Of a stretch of 64,000 nt of DNA, positions 58,137 to 64,000 are shown one piece after another. Position 1 is the first letter of the stretch, and each line of letters begins with the position of its first letter. A program made the translations under genes and the position numbers. Below the pieces are notes generated by a model. That model did no database searches and was not told where the DNA came from. It saw nothing but the letters and a program-made list of their open reading frames with translations. The DNA comes from Candidatus Omnitrophota bacterium (GTDB taxonomy: Bacteria > Omnitrophota > Omnitrophia > Omnitrophales > JACQQS01), in contig JACQQS010000070.1 in the NCBI GenBank assembly GCA_016206925.1, positions 1,899 to 65,898 of the forward strand. Reading direction: 5' to 3'.

Positions 58137-60637
58137 CGCGGAACGGATTTACCATTTTTCTGCGCGAGCTCGGTGCTTATTTTAATTCCGCGATCGCATA
58201 CGTCTTCATCATCGTTTTTTCCCTGGTTACCGGTTTTCTGTATATGTCACAATTTTTTCTGATCAGCCGGGCCGATATGCGCGGATTTTTCGGCATTTTG
58301 CCGATTATTCTCTGTGTTTTTCTCCCGGCCGTGACCATGCGACTTTGGTCGGAGGATCAAAAAGGCAATACGCTGGAACTACTGCTTACCTTTCCCATGG
58401 AGCCGCAGGCTTTGGTCCTGGGCAAGTTTTTTGCCGCTTTTGTGTTTTATCTTATTGCGCTGCTCTCGACGGCCTTGATTCCAGTCATGCTTACGATCCT
58501 CGGCCGTCCAGATGTCGGCGCTATTCTTGGCGGATATTTCGGAGCCGTTCTTGTGGGGGCACTTTTTCTTTCTCTAGGGGCTTTTATTTCCGGTTTCTGC
58601 AAAGATCAGATCGTTTCCTTTATTTTGGCGGTGGTTGCCTGCTTTGGCTTTTATTTGATCGGACTGGAATTTATTGCAGCCTCCATTGACGGATGGGTTC
58701 CGGGGCTCGGATCATTTTTACAAAATTTCTTCGGCATGACACAGCATTTTGCAAGCTTCGAACGTGGCGTGCTCTCACTTTCGGATCTTTTGTATTTTGT
58801 GATCGGCGCCGGCATTTTCCTGACGCTGAACGGTTTTTGGGTAGAAGGGCGCATGCGACCGAGGGCCCGGACTATTTTTAGCAGCGTAGTGGGCATCTGC
58901 ATTTTGATATTCGTCGTTTCAAACTGGCTCTTGGAAGGCTTGTCATTCGGCCGTGTGGATTTGACCGAGGGGAAAATCTATACGGTTTCGGAAGCGAGCA
59001 AGACCATTCTGGAAAAATTGGAAGCCCCCGCAACTTTAAAGCTCTACATTTCTCCCCAGGAAAAGATGCCTACCGGTATGAAGACCATCGAGCAGGATAT
59101 GGTCGACAAATTGGATGAACTTCGCATTGTTTCAAACGGAAAGCTGAATTACAAAGTTCTCCACATTGAAGCTGCCGAGGTGGCTCAAGCAGGGGTAGAG
59201 GGTGAGGACTCTGAGATGTCGGAACTCGAACGGACGCTCCAGAGCAAGGGAATTCAGCCGTTCCAGGTCCGGAGTGTCGAAGCGGATGAAGTGGGTGTAA
59301 GCCTCATCTATTCCGCCATTTCGATAGCGTACAAGGAAAAACCGGAGGATATCATCCCGAGAATCTATCCGCAAAATCTGCCCGAGCTGGAATACTTGAT
59401 TGTTTCGAAGGTTTACCGGTTAACGCTCAAGGAAGACCCTAAGCTTGTATTGGTGGCCCCGTTTGAGGAAAAAGTTGTGGATCCCCAATTGAAGCAGTTA
59501 ATGGCTTCTTTGGGGCAAGAACTTCCGGACCAGTACAGGGAAGACAGTTATAAGCTTGTGGCCGATGCGTTGAGTTACGCGGGATATAAGTCAGATCGGA
59601 TCACATTAACCAGGGACAATAAGATTCCGGAGGGTACCAAAACCCTTCTTTTGATTGCGCCTGAAAGCCTTAATGACCGCCAGCGCTATGAAATTGCCCG
59701 CTTTCTCCGGGGCGGCGGATCGCTCTTTATCGCGTCTCAAAATTATAAATTCACGTATGATTCCAGCGGCGGACGCGGAATTCAAATTGATTCAAGGACG
59801 ATTGAGCATGGACTGGATTCACTTTTGGACGCCTGGGGACTTGGGCTGGATAAAGATTTCCTGATGGATGAGGAGAATGAGGCCTTAAATATTTCCGGCG
59901 CCGCGTCGCTTGGTCCGTTTGCGCTTTCCGTGCCCGTCCGAACGCCCATCCATGTTCTGGTCAAGGAAGAAGGAATGAATGCAGACGTTTCCATAACCTC
60001 CCGCTTATCCGTGATGCTTTATCTTTGGGGATCATCGCTCAAGCTTGACGAGAAAAAGCTGGAGGAAAATAAGCTTGTGGCTACAAAACTGCTCTGGTCA
60101 AGTCCGCGCTCCTGGCACGTGCCCTATCATGCCGGTCCGTTAAAAGTAACGGATATCGATCCGAAACGTTATTCCGCGACGGGTAAATTCCCCCTGGCAG
60201 TAATGGCGGAGGGGACCTTTCCCGATCCGTTTGAAGGAAAATCGGTCCCAACTTGGCCGGAAGACCCTGCAGCCCAAGACCCCAGCGTAGAGAAAACAGA
60301 GCCCGAACCTTTGCCTGTTGAGCCAAAACCGGGCAAACTGATTTTGATCGGTTGTTCGACATTTCTTGAAGAAAGTTTCTTTCAGGGTGGCGGGCATTTG
60401 AATTTTCTTTTAAATGCGGTTGATGCGCTGACTTTGGGAGAGGATTTGATTAAGGTTCGCTCCAAACAGCCGCTGGATCGTACGATACCGCGCATCTCTC
60501 AGGCAATGAGGGCCACCTGGAAAGTGCTGGTGACGTTCGTTCCCGTTATCGTGTTCGCATTACTCGGATTTTTCCGAATTCTGTTGCGCCAGCGCGCCAA
60601 GCAAAATTATCTAAAGTCACTGGCAACGGCCGTATGA
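58133..60637 (+). CDS. Fusion of an ABC-2 permease (GldF-like) with a GldG-like ABC-associated domain
   Basis: I prefer ATG 58133 (ATGA overlap with the ATPase stop) over 58034. Residues 1-~260 are a 6-TM ABC-2 permease. The remainder is a large extracytoplasmic domain ending in a TM helix, like GldG (..LLLIAPES...E..I..FL..GG.L....). Confidence 0.72.
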   Translation: MTRNGFTIFLRELGAYFNSAIAYVFIIVFSLVTGFLYMSQFFLISRADMRGFFGILPIILCVFLPAVTMRLWSEDQKGNTLELLLTFPMEPQALVLGKFFAAFVFYLIALLSTALIPVMLTILGRPDVGAILGGYFGAVLVGALFLSLGAFISGFCKDQIVSFILAVVACFGFYLIGLEFIAASIDGWVPGLGSFLQNFFGMTQHFASFERGVLSLSDLLYFVIGAGIFLTLNGFWVEGRMRPRARTIFSSVVGICILIFVVSNWLLEGLSFGRVDLTEGKIYTVSEASKTILEKLEAPATLKLYISPQEKMPTGMKTIEQDMVDKLDELRIVSNGKLNYKVLHIEAAEVAQAGVEGEDSEMSELERTLQSKGIQPFQVRSVEADEVGVSLIYSAISIAYKEKPEDIIPRIYPQNLPELEYLIVSKVYRLTLKEDPKLVLVAPFEEKVVDPQLKQLMASLGQELPDQYREDSYKLVADALSYAGYKSDRITLTRDNKIPEGTKTLLLIAPESLNDRQRYEIARFLRGGGSLFIASQNYKFTYDSSGGRGIQIDSRTIEHGLDSLLDAWGLGLDKDFLMDEENEALNISGAASLGPFALSVPVRTPIHVLVKEEGMNADVSITSRLSVMLYLWGSSLKLDEKKLEENKLVATKLLWSSPRSWHVPYHAGPLKVTDIDPKRYSATGKFPLAVMAEGTFPDPFEGKSVPTWPEDPAAQDPSVEKTEPEPLPVEPKPGKLILIGCSTFLEESFFQGGGHLNFLLNAVDALTLGEDLIKVRSKQPLDRTIPRISQAMRATWKVLVTFVPVIVFALLGFFRILLRQRAKQNYLKSLATAV

Positions 60638-61980
60638 AGAAGAGTCAAATAATCTTTTTGCTTGTGCTGCTTATGGCGCTGGTCGCCCTTGTTGTTTTTA
60701 AAAAATCCCGCGTTCCCCCGGAGCTTACACGGGAAGAATATGCCGAGCTGGTTGTTGATCTGCGGGATACCGAAAGTGTGCAGGGTATTGATATCCACCA
60801 AGGCGCCGATGAACAGCCTCTGCTGCGATTGGTTCGGTCCGGAGAATATTGGTCCATGCCGCTTCGCTGGGATTTGCCCGTACAGCAAAAGAAAGTGACC
60901 GATGCGTTGAACATGTTAAAAGATTTAAAAGGTGAACTGCGCGGCAGCGACGAGAAGCTTTTTGGTGACTTTGGCATCGAAAATGACAAAGCGTACCATA
61001 TCAAAATGAAGGGGTTGGATGACAAAGAGCTGCTGCATCTTTTGATCGGCATTGAAAAGCCAACGTATGGTTCTTCTTTTGTGCGCATGGCGGATTCTGC
61101 CAAAGTTTATTTGGTGGATTACAATTTGATGGTGACATTTGGCATTACGAGCGGCGACGTCAAGACCATCGACGAGAAGCAGTGGGCCGATCTTAAGACA
61201 CCCGATTTTAACAATACTGATGTTACAGGCATTCGAATTGAAAAGCGTCCTGAGGGCGGCTCAGCGCAGGTAGTTGAGTTAAGCAAGAGCACGGATGCCG
61301 AGAGCGGCCTGGCGCGCTGGGCCTTCGCGAGGCTGGATCTCCCATTTAGCGTGGACGCCGGCAAGGTATCGCAGTACTTGGACGAAATTAAGCGCGTTAC
61401 GGGAATTGATTTTCACGATCCTGCGGGGACCGAATACGGTTTTGACAACTTTCATATGACGGTTACACTGGACGCCGATTCGGAAGATAAGAAAAAACTT
61501 TATACGGTCGGGGGCGTTTCAAGCAGCGGCTCGGAATCACGCTACATGCGTGTTGAAGAAGGCCGGCCGGTTCTCACGATATCGAAGTATTCCCTGAAAA
61601 GTATGGATGTGGACGAAAGTTACTTCTTCCCGGCAAATCCGTTCGGCATTGACAAAGAAAAGACCGCCTCCGTTTCCATTCACAAGCCCGATAGCGAGAA
61701 GAAAATAGAGAGCGAGAAATTTGACGAGGAGACGGCCTTAATCAATGCATTAAAGGAGCTTTCCGCAACCCGGCTGCTCAACGCCGATGAATCCCGGAAG
61801 GTGAAGCCGGGCAGCGAGAAGTTTTGGATAGAAGTTGTTCCAAAAGAAGGCGAGCCTCAACAGGTTGACGTAGGCGAGGTATTGGGTGAGGGGAAAGACG
61901 AATATGCGGTCCGGCTTCGGAATGGAACAACGGCGTTTGCCATTTCTAAAAACATCTACCAACGAGTTTTCGAGACTTAA
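60634..61980 (+). CDS. DUF4340-like anchored protein (usual partner of GldG-type systems)
   Basis: ATGA overlap with the upstream gene. N-terminal TM anchor, then repeated beta-rich modules. The assignment rests on context and general resemblance. Confidence 0.55.
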   Translation: MKKSQIIFLLVLLMALVALVVFKKSRVPPELTREEYAELVVDLRDTESVQGIDIHQGADEQPLLRLVRSGEYWSMPLRWDLPVQQKKVTDALNMLKDLKGELRGSDEKLFGDFGIENDKAYHIKMKGLDDKELLHLLIGIEKPTYGSSFVRMADSAKVYLVDYNLMVTFGITSGDVKTIDEKQWADLKTPDFNNTDVTGIRIEKRPEGGSAQVVELSKSTDAESGLARWAFARLDLPFSVDAGKVSQYLDEIKRVTGIDFHDPAGTEYGFDNFHMTVTLDADSEDKKKLYTVGGVSSSGSESRYMRVEEGRPVLTISKYSLKSMDVDESYFFPANPFGIDKEKTASVSIHKPDSEKKIESEKFDEETALINALKELSATRLLNADESRKVKPGSEKFWIEVVPKEGEPQQVDVGEVLGEGKDEYAVRLRNGTTAFAISKNIYQRVFET

Positions 61981-62384
61981 GTTTTCTCTTCTCTCTCTTC
62001 GTCCCGCCGTCTGAACTTCGCCGCCTGGGCGGCAGCCGCATTTGTTGTTTCGAGAAGCACGGCGCCCGTGCAGGGTTTTTTTAAATACGCAAACGCCCCA
62101 TGCTGCTTGGCGACTTTTTCAACCTCGGTGTCCCGCAGTCCTGTGAGCAAAATCACCTGAATCTCCGGATAAGCTTCTTTGATCATCTTTAAGCACTGAA
62201 CGCCTCCGATATCGGGCAGCATGAGATCCAGGACCACAATGTTTGGCTCCACAATTCGAAGTTGCTGAAAAAGATCATGCCCCGTCGTAATGGCGCTTAC
62301 TTCGTAACCCGCATGCGCAAGGCGTTCTTCCATTACCGACGCGAAACCCATATCATCATCTACAATCAATACTTTTACGGCCAT
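61977..62384 (-). CDS. Single-domain response regulator (CheY-like receiver)
   Basis: VLIVDDD, phospho-acceptor context VVLDLMLPD, LT and K(P) motifs. No output domain. Confidence 0.85.
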   Translation of the reverse strand: MAVKVLIVDDDMGFASVMEERLAHAGYEVSAITTGHDLFQQLRIVEPNIVVLDLMLPDIGGVQCLKMIKEAYPEIQVILLTGLRDTEVEKVAKQHGAFAYLKKPCTGAVLLETTNAAAAQAAKFRRRDEEREEKT

Positions 62385-62394
62385 GCACCCACCT

Positions 62395-63300
62395 TTAGTT
62401 TTCTAAATCTGCCTTTGGATCGGTATCGGATGTTTCGGCGGACTGAGGGATTTCGTTTTCAACAGGCAGTGTTTCTTGAGCAGCCATAGATTCTGCCGGT
62501 TGCGGTAAAGCTGTTTGAGTTTCTGGAGCGGTTGACTGAATGGGTTCCGGTGGTGCGGGAGGAGGAAGAAGGTTTTTTAATTCAGCTTGTTTTTCGATAT
62601 CCTCGACTACTTTTCCGACCACTTCGTTTTCCTTAAAGGATAAATAGGATTTTTTCCATTGCTCTTTATTTTTGTCAAATTCTTCGCGGCGTTTCTTCTC
62701 GGCATCTTCCGTATCTTCCTTCTTTTCCGTCTGATCAGCCTCATCGGTTTTTTCCGTGGGCGGGGGAGGAACAAAAAGACCTTTATACCATGTCCACACC
62801 TCCTCATCGTCCGGTTCAAGTTTTGGTCTGTAGCCGTTCAGAAGCTTTTGAACGGCGAGAAAGTTTCTCATCTGCTCCTCAAAAGCGCGTGGATTTTCTC
62901 CGAATACATTGCGGATCCAAGCTTCATAACGAATTTTGTCAAACCCCTCGTTTCCTGAAAAAAAAGATTCGATTTGCTTAATCACTTCGCCGTCCGGCAC
63001 CTTGATTCCGCGCTGTTTCGCTGCGTGGACAAGTGTAACATGTTTCCAAACTTCGTCTTGAATTTTTTGGGGTGTCCTATTAGGATCGTTGCCGATCGCG
63101 GTCAGAAGTTGGACGGAGCGTTCGGCCCGCTCAAATTCTGTCGTCGAAACTTTTTCGCCGAAAACGTATCCGGCGACATCGCCATGAGATTGCTGTTGGA
63201 CGGCAATCGTTCCTGCGCCCCAGATGGCAAAGCCCAGAATGACGGTCCAGGCAAAGATGTGTGTATTTTTTTTTAAGAGTCCTAAGATTGTATATGGCAT
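62395..63300 (-). CDS. Membrane-anchored SurA-N/PpiD-like periplasmic chaperone-like protein (no PPIase domain seen)
   Basis: N-terminal TM anchor followed by a SurA_N-like segment (VAGYVFGEKVSTTEFERAERS...). The C-terminus is E/K/P-rich and low complexity. Confidence 0.5.
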   Translation of the reverse strand: MPYTILGLLKKNTHIFAWTVILGFAIWGAGTIAVQQQSHGDVAGYVFGEKVSTTEFERAERSVQLLTAIGNDPNRTPQKIQDEVWKHVTLVHAAKQRGIKVPDGEVIKQIESFFSGNEGFDKIRYEAWIRNVFGENPRAFEEQMRNFLAVQKLLNGYRPKLEPDDEEVWTWYKGLFVPPPPTEKTDEADQTEKKEDTEDAEKKRREEFDKNKEQWKKSYLSFKENEVVGKVVEDIEKQAELKNLLPPPAPPEPIQSTAPETQTALPQPAESMAAQETLPVENEIPQSAETSDTDPKADLEN

Positions 63301-63455
63301 ACTCTTATGTCAACGTTGAACTTGGGCTATTATATGCGGTCGCGTAAGCAGATAGCAATATTTACCTAAGCATAGGCTACGATTGAAGATAGCGATAATA
63401 TTTCTTGATTTAGCCAAGGCCCTATGCTACGATCACAAAAAATTTACGGGCCGGC

Positions 63456-64000
63456 ATGAGACAACTGAGAACCTGCATTTACATTTTATTTGCTCTAAGC
63501 TTCGTAGCATTGCTTCTTACCGTTCTTGTTTTCTCCAAGCGTGAAAATGAAAAAGCCAAGCGTCTCGAGGTGGAAGCGCAGGTAAAAGAACTTTTGGGAG
63601 AAAAGGACCGACTGACACAAGCCTATGATTCTGCCAAGACCGCAAAAGGAGAGGCAGAAACCAAGCTGGATCAGGAAATTAGAAGGGCCAGGGAACTGGA
63701 GCAGGAATTGGTCATTGAAAAACGCGAAAAGGATCAACTGGCGGGTCAGGTGGCTACGCTTTCACGCGATTTGGAGACATTGAATACGGACTATGAAGCC
63801 GTCCAGTCGAAATACGAGGATGTTGCTCGTACCGTAAAGCAGCTCAAGGATAAATTTGAACAGTTAAAGCGGCAGAGGGCTTCCGAACCGGTAGAATTGC
63901 CTCCGGTCGTGGTCAAGCCGGAAAAGGATCTTAAGGGTGAGGTTCTTGTCGTGAATGACGTCTTTAAATTTGTTGTGATCAATTTGGGTCAAAATGACGG
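63456..64000 (+). CDS. Membrane-anchored coiled-coil protein, 3' end off-window
   Basis: ATG 63456. It translates to MRQLRTCIYILFALSFVALLLTVLVFS (TM helix), about 120 aa of coiled coil, then ..GEVLVVNDVFKFVVINLGQNDG, and is still open at 64000. It is absent from the ORF track because no stop falls within the window. Confidence 0.55.
   Translation, partial: MRQLRTCIYILFALSFVALLLTVLVFSKRENEKAKRLEVEAQVKELLGEKDRLTQAYDSAKTAKGEAETKLDQEIRRARELEQELVIEKREKDQLAGQVATLSRDLETLNTDYEAVQSKYEDVARTVKQLKDKFEQLKRQRASEPVELPPVVVKPEKDLKGEVLVVNDVFKFVVINLGQND

Overview
This 64-kb window is a bacterial chromosome segment that is almost entirely housekeeping. It is densely coded on the + strand, with many 1-14 nt start/stop overlaps that suggest operons. 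The organism looks diderm: the window has an Omp85-type barrel, Tad pilus genes and a SurA/PpiD-like chaperone. I cannot assign a lineage from sequence alone.

Gene order:
- tadB (partial), tadC and a DUF192 gene.
- Riboflavin operon ribBA-ribH-nusB-ribD-ribE.
- DUF4870 membrane protein, then a 535-aa coiled-coil protein and a DUF151 nuclease.
- trxB and a TlpA-like redoxin, a HAD hydrolase and a nitrilase-family hydrolase.
- A secreted protein with five EF-hand loops (- strand).
- rplU-rpmA-obg-proB-proA-nadD, then two CNNM/CorC paralogs.
- A three-gene ParA-CBM48 operon and a COG1579 zinc-ribbon protein.
- A short dcw head, mraZ-STAS-rsmH-ftsL-ftsI, with no mur genes following.
- Divergent gshB/gshA.
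- tRNA-Pro(CGG), acyP, a metallophosphoesterase, ligA, a lipoprotein and xerD.
- A decayed ~0.8-kb stretch, then tRNA-Glu(CTC).
- purB-purC-purS-purQ-purL-purF-purM-purD-purE.
- A tsaC::LMW-phosphatase fusion, rpiB, glyA and nrdR.
- An Omp85-like barrel overlapping a secreted kinase-like protein.
- A membrane glycosyltransferase (- strand), an RmlD-like reductase and def.
- A GldA / GldF-GldG fusion / DUF4340 ABC system.
- A CheY-like receiver and a PpiD-like protein (- strand).
- A coiled-coil membrane protein that runs off the window end.

I saw no CRISPR array, rRNA, intact transposase or prophage.

Most worth a second look:
1. The self-contained operon whose ParA/Soj ATPase is fused to an AMPK-beta/CBM48-type glycogen-binding module. 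It is followed by a P-loop-less MinD/ParA-like protein and an unknown protein.
2. A set of strand-specific intercistronic hairpins whose arms are built from tandem 7-nt (or 14-nt) words with GU pairs. They fill nearly every intergenic gap of the pur cluster and also occur after tadC and tRNA-Pro.
3. The POTRA-less Omp85 barrel translationally overlapped with a signal-peptide protein carrying kinase-like K / D..N / DFG motifs.
4. A STAS-domain gene translationally coupled inside mraZ-rsmH.

All functional calls rest on motif recognition by eye. No database search was run.
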